Positions 28,793 through 39,207 of a DNA stretch of 64,000 bases are shown here, in pieces (position 1 is the stretch's first letter; the number at the start of each line of letters is the position of its first letter). A program made the position numbers and the translations under genes. The DNA comes from an uncultured Desulfobacter sp. (GTDB lineage: Bacteria; Desulfobacterota; Desulfobacteria; Desulfobacterales; Desulfobacteraceae): NCBI GenBank assembly GCA_963665095.1, contig OY762069.1, forward strand, positions 1,248,001 through 1,312,000. Reading direction: 5' to 3'. The notes under the pieces were generated by a model that saw only the letters and a list, made by a program, of their open reading frames with translations, did no database searches and was not told the origin of the DNA.

Positions 28793-29296
28793 ATGAATTT
28801 CATCAAAAAAACATTCCGGGTTTTCCGGTATTCCCCACTTATCCTGGCAGGGTTATACTTTTGCTCTTCGGCCGGACTCCCGCAGCTTCTATTTGCTCAG
28901 GATGTAAACAAACAGTGCGCCTGCCAGAATGAAAACAGCCGGGGAAACCCAGTAATCCGGCTTTATCAGGAGTATATCTCCGGGGCTGACGGCAACCGTT
29001 GCCCCATGTATCCCTGCTGCTCCAGCTATGCAGCCCAGGCTGTTGAAAAACACGGGCTGTTCATGGGATGGATCATGGCCTGTGATCGTATAGTCAGATG
29101 CGGCAGAGATGAAGCTCATCTCTCCCCTCATGTAACCATCAACGGCAGCAGGCTCATATATGATCCGCTTAAAGCCAACGATTTCTGGTGGTTTTCACCC
29201 AAAACACCTCCCTGCGAAAAAACGTCTCAAAAAATGGATTTTCATTTTACCGCTGTCGAGCAATGCCCGGTCCCTGACCAGGAGACGATTAAGTGA
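28793..29296 (+). CDS. Membrane protein insertion efficiency factor YidD-like
   Basis: YQEYIS...CPMYPCCSSYA.QAV.KHG...DRI.RC. Confidence 0.8.
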   Translation: MNFIKKTFRVFRYSPLILAGLYFCSSAGLPQLLFAQDVNKQCACQNENSRGNPVIRLYQEYISGADGNRCPMYPCCSSYAAQAVEKHGLFMGWIMACDRIVRCGRDEAHLSPHVTINGSRLIYDPLKANDFWWFSPKTPPCEKTSQKMDFHFTAVEQCPVPDQETIK

Positions 29297-30249
29297 GACA
29301 CAAACTTATATTTTCAGCAGTTCTTTTTTTTCTTTTCACCTGTTATGCGGAAAAGACCACGGCATCATCGCCCGAAGACCCGTCCGGTCTTAATATCACT
29401 GCAGATATGCAATTTAACTATGCCCAAAAACTTTTTGACGATAAAGATTATCCGGCAGCCCAGGTAGAGTTTAAACGGTTTATCCGATTTTTCCCCCAAG
29501 ACCCCCGTATGGACCAGGCCGATTACTCGGCAGGGGTGGCTCTTTTTTATTCAAAACAGTTTTATGAGGCAGCCAAATGGTTTGACAGAATCATCCGTCG
29601 GACAGAAAACCCGGATGATCAATGGGCGAGAAATTCATATTTCATGCAAAGCCAGTCATTTGAAGCCATGGGGAATATGGGGTTTGCCCAGATCGTCCTG
29701 CAAAATTTTTTGAAACTGACCCGGAATGATCAGACAAAGGACCGCATTTATATGGAACTCTCCCGTATCCATATTAAAAATACCATGACACCCGGCATTG
29801 ACGAACTGGGTAACGCCCGCAGGAACCTCACCCTTATCAGTCCTGACGCACAACAGGAATTTGAGGTATCCAGACACATTGAAGCTTTAGACAGTGCTGT
29901 GAACGCGCCATCCAAAAGCCCAGCCCTTGCAGGGGTTCTTGCCATTATCCCCGGTGGCGGCATGCTTTACTGCCAAAGATATAAAGATGCCCTGGCCAGT
30001 TTCTGCCTCAATACCGGGTTAATCTGGGCGGCGTGGACTGCCTTTGACCACGACAATCCAGCCCTGGGGGCGGTGATTACATTTGTGGAAACAGGATTTT
30101 ACTCCGGCAATATTTACGGTTCCATTACAGCCGCCCACAAGTACAACAAGGCAGCCCAGATCAGGATTTTAAACAGGGCATTTAATCTTCATCCCGGCTT
30201 TGATCCCTTAACCCGCTCCTTTTCCATGACGCTGAGCTGCCCGTTTTAA
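29293..30249 (+). CDS. Exported TPR-repeat protein
   Basis: Signal peptide, TPR-like repeats, KSP.LAG.LAIIPG.G.LY. Confidence 0.75.
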   Translation: MRHKLIFSAVLFFLFTCYAEKTTASSPEDPSGLNITADMQFNYAQKLFDDKDYPAAQVEFKRFIRFFPQDPRMDQADYSAGVALFYSKQFYEAAKWFDRIIRRTENPDDQWARNSYFMQSQSFEAMGNMGFAQIVLQNFLKLTRNDQTKDRIYMELSRIHIKNTMTPGIDELGNARRNLTLISPDAQQEFEVSRHIEALDSAVNAPSKSPALAGVLAIIPGGGMLYCQRYKDALASFCLNTGLIWAAWTAFDHDNPALGAVITFVETGFYSGNIYGSITAAHKYNKAAQIRILNRAFNLHPGFDPLTRSFSMTLSCPF

Positions 30250-30269
30250 TACGGAAAATCTTAAAAAAC

Positions 30270-30731
30270 TCAACCAAACAAAGACAGAAGACGGTTTGCC
30301 GTCACCCTGGCAGAGATACTGGATCGTGTATTATCACTGATATCAAGGCTGCCGGCCCGCAGAAACGGAGATAAGGCATATGCTTCACACACCTTGATCT
30401 CGTATGCGTTGCGAAGCTTTTTAAATGAAAGTTCCACTTCGGGATATTCGTTGGACTGGCGGAACGGCAATCGGATGAAGCCCCTGGTATACCCGTCCTT
30501 AAAATAAGGAACCTGGAGAACATGAAAGTCTTCAGGGTGCCACGACAGAGCCCGTTCATTCTCGCCGGGCATGCAATAGCTTAAATGGGAGTTGGGAATT
30601 CGGGGGATCAGGCTTTCCACCTGAACAGCATGGATGGCCAGCTCTTTTTCAAATGCTTCAAGCGTCAGCTCATAGCTGAGCTGTGGCCTGAAATGGCCCC
30701 TTTTCTTAGTAATCTGCCAGTCGATTTTCAT
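30270..30731 (-). CDS. Hypothetical protein, third gene of the MoxR/vWA operon
   Basis: Likely start MKIDWQITKKRG at 30731. Confidence 0.65.
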   Translation of the reverse strand: MKIDWQITKKRGHFRPQLSYELTLEAFEKELAIHAVQVESLIPRIPNSHLSYCMPGENERALSWHPEDFHVLQVPYFKDGYTRGFIRLPFRQSNEYPEVELSFKKLRNAYEIKVCEAYALSPFLRAGSLDISDNTRSSISARVTANRLLSLFG

Positions 30732-30762
30732 CTCTTTCTTCCCATATAATAATTGTAAAACC

Positions 30763-32055
30763 CTAACGACCTGATGGATCAGGCAGCATATCAATGATCT
30801 CTCCAAACGGCGGTAACACCCCACCCTGCCCCACCCTGACCCAGAGTACCGGATAGGCGGGGGCCTGTTCAGGAAAAGCCCGGCACTCAAGGTCGGTGAA
30901 ATAAATGAGGCAAAAAGGATAAATGCCGTTCGTCTCCACAAAATCAAACACAGCGCGGAAATCAGTTCCGCCACCACCCTTTGGTGTAAAACCTTGTGAC
31001 AGATCTGATGCAGAAACAAGTTCATATTTATTGACGGCCATATCTGCATATATGAGGTGGACAAGGCTTGGATTCATGGAAAGAATGGCTGACAGTTCAG
31101 CAGTAAACCTTGCCAGTTCAAGGGGTTTAATACTGCCGGAAGTATCCACAGCCAATACCATTTCAGGCAACTGGTCCGATACCAGGGAGGGCAGATATAA
31201 ATTCTGGTGAATATACCTGCGATTGGGCCGCGTCCAGGTATAATCCTGCCGGGCAGACTGCTGAATAAACCGGGCCAGAAGCGCATCCCAGGAAAGCGTG
31301 GGGCTGAAGCACTCCTTCACCAGAATATCCACCCCTTTAGGCAGTTGTCCCATGGCCCTGGCATTTGTGGCCGCCTGGATCAGGGCCTGATCCCAGTCCG
31401 TGCCGTTCTCCTCCTGGGCAGAGAAGCGCTTCTTTTTCGGTGATATTCCGTCTCTGACCTCACCGGAACCTCCGGGGTCTGAGGGGATGTCCTGATCATC
31501 TCTATCCGTTTCCATCCCCTCTCCAGAGTCAATGGAAGCCTGCGTTTTGTCTTCCTCTTCCTTATTTTTATCCTGATTATCTTTTTCGTCCAACGGCCGG
31601 GCGTCCGGATTATCCTGATCCTTTTTTCCATCCTCTGCCTGACCCTCTTTCAGAGTGCGGTACACCTGCTCTGCAGTTTTACCGGCATGGGCCTCGTCCC
31701 ATAAATACCCGTCCGGAAGCACCAGGCCTGCGTCCAGAAGAATGGGATTGATCGCATAGTCACATGCCTTGTTCCAGGTATGGGGATCACGGTTTTCCCG
31801 GCGCAGATGGTGACCGCAGGCCGGATGCATGACTGTGTGGGCGGACAGCCCCAAAAGCTTTTCCCGGGGAAGGATATTAATATAGTCAGGGTTATAGCCA
31901 AAGGTTTTACCGTCACTCCAGGCAGTCCGGCAGGTTCTGTCCTCCCGGAGGGTAAGGCGCATGGCAAGGGAGGCAAAAAAAGGATGATGCAACACCATGT
32001 CAGCCCTGGCCTTAAGCAGCCGCATTCTGGCCTTTTGATCCTTTACCTTCAACAT
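30763..32055 (-). CDS. DUF2201-type metallopeptidase-like plus vWA protein
   Basis: AHTVMH (degenerate HExxH), WN.ACDYAIN, DTSGS MIDAS, GGGGTDF, FTD. Confidence 0.88.
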   Translation of the reverse strand: MLKVKDQKARMRLLKARADMVLHHPFFASLAMRLTLREDRTCRTAWSDGKTFGYNPDYINILPREKLLGLSAHTVMHPACGHHLRRENRDPHTWNKACDYAINPILLDAGLVLPDGYLWDEAHAGKTAEQVYRTLKEGQAEDGKKDQDNPDARPLDEKDNQDKNKEEEDKTQASIDSGEGMETDRDDQDIPSDPGGSGEVRDGISPKKKRFSAQEENGTDWDQALIQAATNARAMGQLPKGVDILVKECFSPTLSWDALLARFIQQSARQDYTWTRPNRRYIHQNLYLPSLVSDQLPEMVLAVDTSGSIKPLELARFTAELSAILSMNPSLVHLIYADMAVNKYELVSASDLSQGFTPKGGGGTDFRAVFDFVETNGIYPFCLIYFTDLECRAFPEQAPAYPVLWVRVGQGGVLPPFGEIIDMLPDPSGR

Positions 32056-33038
32056 TACACCAGAATCTGTGCATTTAAGGATGCCCAGTCGGAAAAAGCC
32101 TTGGTATTGACCACCCCGGGTGTTTTTCGCACAGCCTCACGCATGAGAAGAACCGAAAACTCAGGAGGAAGACGTTTGCCCCAGGCCATGACAAAGGTTA
32201 TATTTTCAACTGTCATGGCCGCCCCCATCATTTCACTTAGAGCAAAAAGCACGGCCGGGTTATCGGGAATCTGGACACCGGCAGGATCAGAGAGGATATC
32301 GTCCACAGTGGGAAGCTGCTGCCATAATTCAAGAAATCCGGTGAATTCAGCTGCCGCACCTTTGCCTACGCTGCCGGCAACCAGCTCCGGGATTAAAACG
32401 GCGTCCGGCTCAGAATCCATGAGTCTGGAAACAAATTCCCAGGATCGTGGCGATGGAAAGGCTCTGGTTTCACGTTTGGGATCAAAATCATGCAGCAGGC
32501 TCGGCCTGAACCGGATAAAGGCTCTGACTTTACGTGAAATTCCGGTCTGGGCAGCCCACGCAAGCCACTGGTCCGGATCCACTTCAAAATCTATATGTAC
32601 AAACCGGTTTGCCAGGGCAGAGGGCATCCGGTGGGATACTGCCCGGTCCTGCTCCCGGTTACCGGCCGCCACCACTGACCAGCCGTCAGGCAGCTCATAC
32701 TCCCCAAGCCGCCGGTCAAGTACAAGCTGATAACAGGCTGCCTGGACAAGGGGTGGCGCGGCATTTAATTCATCCAGGAAAAGCACCCCTTTCCCCTCTG
32801 TTGGGAAAAATGACGGGGTACACCAGTGGGAGCGCCCGTCCGGACTGATTTTAGGCAAGCCCCGAAGGTCCACAGGATCCAGCAGAATGGCCCTGACATC
32901 AATGAGTGCCAGATCAAGATCATCTGCAGTCTGCCTGACCAGCTGGCTTTTTCCGATGCCGGGCGGTCCCCATATAAAAACAGGCTGAGCTATAGACAAA
33001 AGAGATGTAAGTGCCGGTTTAATCCGGGAAGGTTTCAT
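32055..33038 (-). CDS. MoxR-like AAA+ ATPase
   Basis: GPPGIGKS, LFLDELN, AAGN, ALANRF, SPRSW. Confidence 0.9.
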   Translation of the reverse strand: MKPSRIKPALTSLLSIAQPVFIWGPPGIGKSQLVRQTADDLDLALIDVRAILLDPVDLRGLPKISPDGRSHWCTPSFFPTEGKGVLFLDELNAAPPLVQAACYQLVLDRRLGEYELPDGWSVVAAGNREQDRAVSHRMPSALANRFVHIDFEVDPDQWLAWAAQTGISRKVRAFIRFRPSLLHDFDPKRETRAFPSPRSWEFVSRLMDSEPDAVLIPELVAGSVGKGAAAEFTGFLELWQQLPTVDDILSDPAGVQIPDNPAVLFALSEMMGAAMTVENITFVMAWGKRLPPEFSVLLMREAVRKTPGVVNTKAFSDWASLNAQILV

Positions 33039-33195
33039 ATATCGCCTCTTATAAATATTTCCAATGCATCATGCATTTACTCTGATTTACTTTCTGTGTC
33101 AAGATTTTATTAGTTTTATATAACTTTTAATTATAATATATACATTGTCAGATTTTCCTATTTCAAATCCCGACCAGACAAACTCAATAACATGA

Positions 33196-33224
33196 TTGAC
33201 ATTCAAAAAAAGCCGGTGTAGGAT
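33196..33224 (+). promoter_or_regulatory. Sigma70 promoter of the FMN-riboswitch leader
   Basis: TTGACA(33196-33201)-17bp-TAGGAT(33219-33224). Confidence 0.75.
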
Positions 33225-33229
33225 CGCTG

Positions 33230-33258
33230 CCGTTCTCAGGGCGGGGTGAAATTCCCCA
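33230..33258 (+). ncRNA. 5' fragment of an FMN riboswitch (RFN), truncated at the prophage junction
   Basis: TTCTCAGGGCGGGGTGAAATTCCCCA matches the RFN 5' consensus; the expected CCGGCGGT continuation is absent. Confidence 0.82.
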
Positions 33259-33289
33259 GATGATAAGAAAGATGTGGTTATAAATTCAG

Positions 33290-34594
33290 TTATTTAGCTA
33301 TTTTCTGACCGTCTGAAAAGTTTATCAAAAGTTTATCACTTTTAGCGGCGTCTTGCATTTCAGCAAGTTGGCGGGTGGCTGTGATCGCGTCTTGGTGGTC
33401 TGGCAGAAAGTATCTATAAAAGGCGTCTGATGCGTGGCCGGTAACATTGTTTTTAATTTGCTCTGGTGACATGATCCGCCCCAGGGCTGTGGTGGTAGAA
33501 TGCTTTGTGCCTGGGTACACAGGTACAGATTCAATTCCAAGGTTTTTAGCCGCCCTTTTCCACCATTCATTGAAAAGCTGGTCCCCAAACTGCCCGCCGG
33601 CCTTTTTCCCGCGCCCCTGTTTTAGATGCCGGAAAAAATAAACATCCGGCAACGTTGGCGGAGCCATGTTTCTAACCTCCTTGATCATATTTATATGTTC
33701 TGGAAGCAGGTGTATAAATTTAGGGTCACGTTCTTTAGGTTGCGGGAAAACTACCCACCCGTCTGATAAATTAATATGCCCCTCTTTAACATTCCTCATT
33801 TCCCCGGGCCTGACCTTAGGATACATGGATAAGAGCTTTATTCCCAACCATATGCGCGGATTTTTCTTCCATGTCAACCGCCGCAATTCGTCTAAAATCG
33901 CCTGCTGGTCTTCCATGGAAACAAGTGTCCGCATTTTCATGCGATAGCTGATTTCTGGGATATCTGGCATTTCTAATTTTGACCGTCTCTTTTCCCGACG
34001 CACAACCCATTTAAAAAAATCATTTAAAACAGAGCGCATACCGGCCAAGGTCTTTTTTGATATCGGCCCCAGGTCCACCATTTTGGTGGTCCCATCCGGC
34101 ATTCGCCTTTTCTGAATATTGCGATGGTCAAAGGATAGAAAATCATCTATTTCCGCGTCTGAAATCTGCTTGATCTGCAAACAATCCCATATCAACCCGT
34201 GATAATCGCTCTTGAATTCACCGGCCCGAGTAAGAACCTTTTTGATTCTATAAACTTGATCTGGCTTGATATCTTGCGTGGATTTAACTTGGGTGAATTT
34301 TTCGCGCAATGCATAAAAGGATAGCGGGTTTTCTTTCGCCCATTCCCTTTGATCAAACTCCCCCCGGTCTGTTTGTACTCTCAAAAAAGTTAAATGTCTT
34401 TCTGCTTCACCTACGGTTTTAAACCGCTTTGTGTGCTTTTTCCCAAATCGAACTTGACACGGCCCAGCCCATTGAATTTCCTGATGATTGGGGCAAGCCA
34501 TAAATCCCCGCCCCTCAATATACTTTAGTAATCCTTTCTGACCATTCTGCTGACATAGGAAACATTTTTGACTTGTATAAATAGAACCCTTCAT
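33290..34594 (-). CDS. Atypical tyrosine integrase of prophage 2
   Basis: VRPGE, GTKHS (in place of HxxR), TGH, Y; tandem AAAAGTTTATC x2 at 33316-33337 as putative arm sites. Confidence 0.8.
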   Translation of the reverse strand: MKGSIYTSQKCFLCQQNGQKGLLKYIEGRGFMACPNHQEIQWAGPCQVRFGKKHTKRFKTVGEAERHLTFLRVQTDRGEFDQREWAKENPLSFYALREKFTQVKSTQDIKPDQVYRIKKVLTRAGEFKSDYHGLIWDCLQIKQISDAEIDDFLSFDHRNIQKRRMPDGTTKMVDLGPISKKTLAGMRSVLNDFFKWVVRREKRRSKLEMPDIPEISYRMKMRTLVSMEDQQAILDELRRLTWKKNPRIWLGIKLLSMYPKVRPGEMRNVKEGHINLSDGWVVFPQPKERDPKFIHLLPEHINMIKEVRNMAPPTLPDVYFFRHLKQGRGKKAGGQFGDQLFNEWWKRAAKNLGIESVPVYPGTKHSTTTALGRIMSPEQIKNNVTGHASDAFYRYFLPDHQDAITATRQLAEMQDAAKSDKLLINFSDGQKIAK

Positions 34595-35443
34595 ACAATA
34601 CCCGCCTTGATTAAGGTTATTGGCTGGATTGTTGTAAAATGGTTTATAATTCATCGTCAAGATTCGTTTCCCAAATGGTAAACGGCCGGGTAAAAAATAT
34701 ATACCCGGCCACGGGTCTGGATTTATGCCTTATCCATCGTTGATATTTTGAAAGAAAATTCCGTCAATTCTTCCGGAACTTCCATTCCTAAATCTTCATA
34801 AAGCGAAAGCACACCTTTAATAATAGCCGCGAATATTTGGAAAGTTTGCTTCTTGTTTGCTTCATACTCCCTGATCAAATTTTGAACTGTATTTTTAGGT
34901 TCTCTGATGACAACCCTTGCGCCCAAACCAAGGTTAAATTCAGCATTCAGGCGTTTTACATTGGTGGCCCGAACTGGGAAGCCAAGGAACCTTGAGGCCC
35001 TTGCAGCCACGTCTTCCATAGCTACCACGGCCAAGGCGTCATTGTTATCAGTTAAAAATTTATGCAGTTCAACGGTTTGCGGATAGCTCAAAGTGTTCTT
35101 TTTCATAATTTTTATATCTCCTTATTTTTAAATCGTCCTTCACTAAGCCTTGCAGGGGCATACCGTTCTATCATGTCTGAATTTGCCCCAAGCTCTTTTA
35201 ATGTGGCCTTTATACTTTGGCCGCCTGGTGCCCAATAACGGTATTTGGCAGGGGCGTTAAAAGGAATGATTAAATCACCATTTCCGCTTATATATGGCGG
35301 CGTCCACCCATCTTTATTATTCGTGCTTTCATGGATGATTTCACAAAGCCATTTAATTTCAAGGGTTTTCATTTCTGCAGGAGACTTGTTCATTAATCCT
35401 GTTTCGTTTAGCCTGGTGGCCAGGTGGTTAAGATTAATATTCA

Positions 35444-37105
35444 TCAAACCCCCAAAAAAGATTCAATTTTAGAACGGTTAAAATGAAAGGTGAGATATGC
35501 CGCCGCTTCCCCCTTTGACAGTATGGAAACACCGCCAAACTGGGCTAAGGTTTCCAGTTGCCTGGGGCTTGCCGGATCTGTTGGCCATTTGGCAGCCTTG
35601 CGGCTATTTGATGCTGTTTCGTGTGTCCTCATCCAATCGTCTGCCGTGGCCACGGCCCCAAGCCGGTTAGTTTGGCCAAGGTGTCTGACTTCACGGCCTT
35701 TCCCACCAATTGAATGCCAGCTTTCTGAATCCGGGGAACATATGGCCGCCCAGGCTTCAAAGCCGGTGGCTACCATAAGGTTTTCGCTACCCCATAATGG
35801 ATACCACCGGAACGGACTTTTACTGATTAATTCAATTTCAATTAATCTTAATTCCGCCTCTTCATTGTAAACACCTTCGATCAATTCAACCTTGAATTCA
35901 TACCCGCAAAGGGGGCAAGTCATGGTTTGCACTGGCAACATTGCTTCACAATCCGGGCAGGTTTTTTTCCGGGCTTCAGATTCCTTTCCGGATTCTCCAC
36001 CATCGTCTTTCAGTTTTACAGTGCTGCTCAAATTGCCGATGGATATCAAGGTGATCCCAAAATCAAGCACCAAGCAATCAGACTTGATAAAACCGGGGTG
36101 TTTTTCAGGGTCTACTTTCCTAAGGCCCCGGCCCACCATTTGGATGGCCGTTGACTTATGGCTTGACGTTCTAAGCAGCATAACACAGGAGCATATTTGA
36201 CAGTCCCAGCCTTCCGTTAAAATCATGGGGTTGCACAAGACCGGAATTTCTCCCCGATCAAAGGCGGACAAGATTTCACGGCGGCGTGTAATACCTATTT
36301 TACCGTGAACGGATTCCGCCTCTATTCCGTGTTCTCTGAAAGCATTGCGAACATCTTCCGCGTGCTGAATGGTGGAACAAAAGGCAACCGTGGGGCGGCC
36401 CTGGGCCAGTTCAAGCCATTGGCCAACAATTTGCCCATTGTTATAATTAGTATTTTGGATAGCTTCAACTTCGGCCTGGTCAAAATCATTGGCTGTTTTC
36501 TTAACGTTTTTAAGTTGACTTTGGGTGCCAATATCAATAACCATTGCCGTGGGTGGAACCAGGTGTCCAGCTTGCACCATTTCTTCAATTGTTACCACAT
36601 CGGCGACATTGGAGAACGTTTTCCTCAGGCCCCGCCGGTCTGACCGTTCAGGGGTAGCCGTGACTCCTAAGATTTCAGTCTCCCGGTTGAGTTCCATTGC
36701 GCGGCCGATAACGCGCCTGTATGAATCGCTGGCCGCGTGATGTGCTTCATCAACTACCAGTAAATCAAAAGGCGGCAATGTGGATAGGTGGCTTTCCTGG
36801 CTTAACGTTTGCACCATTGAAAAGACGGTTTGCCCGCCCCAAGATTTGGTTTCAGCGTTAAAAAAGGAAATTGGGATAGTAGGGTTCACCAACTTGAATT
36901 TATCCGAATTCTGCCGGGTCAATTCATCACGGTGGGCCATAATTAAGGCCCGTTTTTGTTTTTTGATACGCTGGCCAGTTGCAGCGGAAAGGGCTATAGT
37001 TTTCCCAAAGCCTGTATTGGCAACCCCCAGGGTGTTCTTTTCTTTGGATAGTGCCTTGCAGCATTTATAAACAAAGATTTTTTGACGGGGTCTAAGAATA
37101 ATCAT
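35444..37105 (-). CDS. DEAH-box SF2 helicase with zinc ribbon
   Basis: TGFGKT, DEAHH, TATPER, QMVGRGLR, CPDC/CPLC. Confidence 0.92.
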   Translation of the reverse strand: MIILRPRQKIFVYKCCKALSKEKNTLGVANTGFGKTIALSAATGQRIKKQKRALIMAHRDELTRQNSDKFKLVNPTIPISFFNAETKSWGGQTVFSMVQTLSQESHLSTLPPFDLLVVDEAHHAASDSYRRVIGRAMELNRETEILGVTATPERSDRRGLRKTFSNVADVVTIEEMVQAGHLVPPTAMVIDIGTQSQLKNVKKTANDFDQAEVEAIQNTNYNNGQIVGQWLELAQGRPTVAFCSTIQHAEDVRNAFREHGIEAESVHGKIGITRRREILSAFDRGEIPVLCNPMILTEGWDCQICSCVMLLRTSSHKSTAIQMVGRGLRKVDPEKHPGFIKSDCLVLDFGITLISIGNLSSTVKLKDDGGESGKESEARKKTCPDCEAMLPVQTMTCPLCGYEFKVELIEGVYNEEAELRLIEIELISKSPFRWYPLWGSENLMVATGFEAWAAICSPDSESWHSIGGKGREVRHLGQTNRLGAVATADDWMRTHETASNSRKAAKWPTDPASPRQLETLAQFGGVSILSKGEAAAYLTFHFNRSKIESFLGV

Positions 37106-38354
37106 TTTTAACCGGCCCCCCAATGATACCAAGCGTGATACCCGGAACGTCTACCCCCTTTATAATTATAGCGGTTTCCTGGCCATTAGAGAGAATCAGT
37201 TCAAGAGATCCGGGGGCTGATCTTGCAATCATGGCCTTTATGGTATTTACTCTTTCTTCTTTGGCATCATTTACGGTTTTTCTTATATGGTTGTTGACAG
37301 GTTGCGCCATGGCGGCCGGCGATACTGCAGGAGCGGCCGGGCGTGGGGCTACTTTTTTTTCGTTCGGGACCACGGGGGCCGGTTTGGGTTCCTGTTTAAC
37401 CGCCGGCTGTAGCGCCTTAGTTTTATCAATAATCGCCCGGGCCTGGTTTATCTGAGTTTCCACCAATCCGGCAAGATGCGGGGCCGGAATCAAAACTTCA
37501 AGCTTTCCAAGGGCCTCCTCCATGGTTGCAAGGCTGGCCATTATCCCGAAGTTATCATTAAACCAGGCTACTTGATTGACCCGTTCCGATTCTAATTCAA
37601 GTCTTTTTAATTCCGCCTGTTTTTCTTCATGGATAACTGCCGCCTGATGTGCAAGTCTGGCCTTTTCGATGGAAACATTTAAAAGGCCGCAGGCATCTTG
37701 AAATTTTTCCTGGAATATCTCCTGGTTAATGCCTGTTGTTTCCAAAACGCCCAGGGCGCTTTTTATCTCAACCGCAGAAAGGCCAGGTTTTAAGGCATCA
37801 TTGCATAGGTCAACCAAGGTGTTATAATTTTTATTTAAGAGATCTAACCGTATTCTTTCAACCCTGGCCTGTTCATCTTCCCACTTTTTAATTTCAGAGG
37901 ACAAATGATCTTCGGTCGCCTTAATGTCAGTCACCAGGGCGGTAGCATCATCTTTAATGTTTTTTCTCTTTTTATTCAGGTCTGCTATCAACTCCTTTTC
38001 ACGCCGCTGGATTTTCAGGCGTAACCCCCGAACTTCGGTTTTTGCTTTTTTAATTTCAGTGAAAGTTTTTTTGTCCTCAAGATTCACAGTTAGGGATAGA
38101 TATACCTTTATTTCGGCCAGTGCTGCAGCTTGAATGTCATATCGGGTTAGAGCTGTTGGCGGAATGCCGGGCATGATTTCCGCGCGGGCTCCCGGCGTGT
38201 TCGGCGTCGACTGAATCACCTGGGCGGCCTGGGGGGGGGGCTGTTCTTTCAATGGGCCAAAATCCTGCCCACTCACCGGTTTAGCTTTACCCATTGGCAT
38301 CAGTTTTTGACCTGGGCAGGGATAATATTTTCTTCCATTGTTAAAATCACTCAT
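37092..38354 (-). CDS. Coiled-coil phage protein
   Basis: Long ORF in the early operon with heptad-rich middle. Confidence 0.6.
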   Translation of the reverse strand: MSDFNNGRKYYPCPGQKLMPMGKAKPVSGQDFGPLKEQPPPQAAQVIQSTPNTPGARAEIMPGIPPTALTRYDIQAAALAEIKVYLSLTVNLEDKKTFTEIKKAKTEVRGLRLKIQRREKELIADLNKKRKNIKDDATALVTDIKATEDHLSSEIKKWEDEQARVERIRLDLLNKNYNTLVDLCNDALKPGLSAVEIKSALGVLETTGINQEIFQEKFQDACGLLNVSIEKARLAHQAAVIHEEKQAELKRLELESERVNQVAWFNDNFGIMASLATMEEALGKLEVLIPAPHLAGLVETQINQARAIIDKTKALQPAVKQEPKPAPVVPNEKKVAPRPAAPAVSPAAMAQPVNNHIRKTVNDAKEERVNTIKAMIARSAPGSLELILSNGQETAIIIKGVDVPGITLGIIGGPVKNDYS

Positions 38355-38424
38355 GTGCCTTTTCTCCTTTCGTGTTTAATTACTCGGGTGTTTCCAAAGT
38401 GGTAATTACCCGGGTAAAAAAAGG

Positions 38425-39207
38425 TTATTTATTTGGCATCCATTGCGGTGGTTGGCCAGGACCATTGCATCCTTGTGGGGGTGTTTGGTATTGCTGTGAA
38501 TGTGGCGCTCCTTGTGCCTGGTGTGGTTGCTGGTATGTCTGGCCCGATTGTGCCGATGGGGCCTGATAGGATGGCGGTTGCTGATATCCACCCGCCTGGG
38601 CGGCACCCTGCCCGTTTGCGGCGGGGATTTCTGGCAGGGGTTTATCAGTGATAATCTGTCCACCGGCCATGACCGTTTTATAATCCTGCTCATCTTCAAG
38701 GGTAATTACTTTGAACAGGCTGTTATTAATGTACTGGTCGCCTGGCTGGGGTTTTTTAACGCTCACCATTGCCGGGAACTCCATCCCCTGAAAATGATCT
38801 GGCCCAACCCCTGTTTTTGCCTGCATGGCTTCCGGCGATCCATCGGCTGGATGTATTCCCCGGGCGGCCTCAACAATTGCGCGCATCTTTGCACCGCCGC
38901 CTTTGCAAGTGCCTGCCTGGCCTTTATCTATACCCTGAACCTGCATATTAACTGGAAGAAAAATATAATCATAAAATTTATTCCCATTATATTCGCCTTG
39001 GGAAATTACCTCAAAGACACAATCAAAGCCCACCAGCGGAACCCCACTATTTTTGCCTGGTTTGAATGTTCTGACGAGTGGATGAATGGCGCTTGTGCTG
39101 CCATTATCTGGCTTCCGTATTGAAAGCCGGACCTTGACTATTGATCTGTCAGGAATACAACCGCCCCCGCCGGTTTTCTGTTCTGATTCATTGTTCAAAT
39201 CAAACAT
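38425..39207 (-). CDS. Phage SSB-like protein
   Basis: Next to Sak4; Q/G/P-rich tail ending PQWM. Confidence 0.65.
   Translation of the reverse strand: MFDLNNESEQKTGGGGCIPDRSIVKVRLSIRKPDNGSTSAIHPLVRTFKPGKNSGVPLVGFDCVFEVISQGEYNGNKFYDYIFLPVNMQVQGIDKGQAGTCKGGGAKMRAIVEAARGIHPADGSPEAMQAKTGVGPDHFQGMEFPAMVSVKKPQPGDQYINNSLFKVITLEDEQDYKTVMAGGQIITDKPLPEIPAANGQGAAQAGGYQQPPSYQAPSAQSGQTYQQPHQAQGAPHSQQYQTPPQGCNGPGQPPQWMPNK

Noticed and set aside
30732..31064. N-terminal extension of ORF 30270-31064
   Set aside because: Overlaps the vWA gene; the more plausible start is ATG 30731.
31780..32730. Long antisense ORFs (e.g. 316 aa here, 242 aa at 58843-59571)
   Set aside because: Shadows of well-supported genes on the opposite strand with no recognisable motifs.
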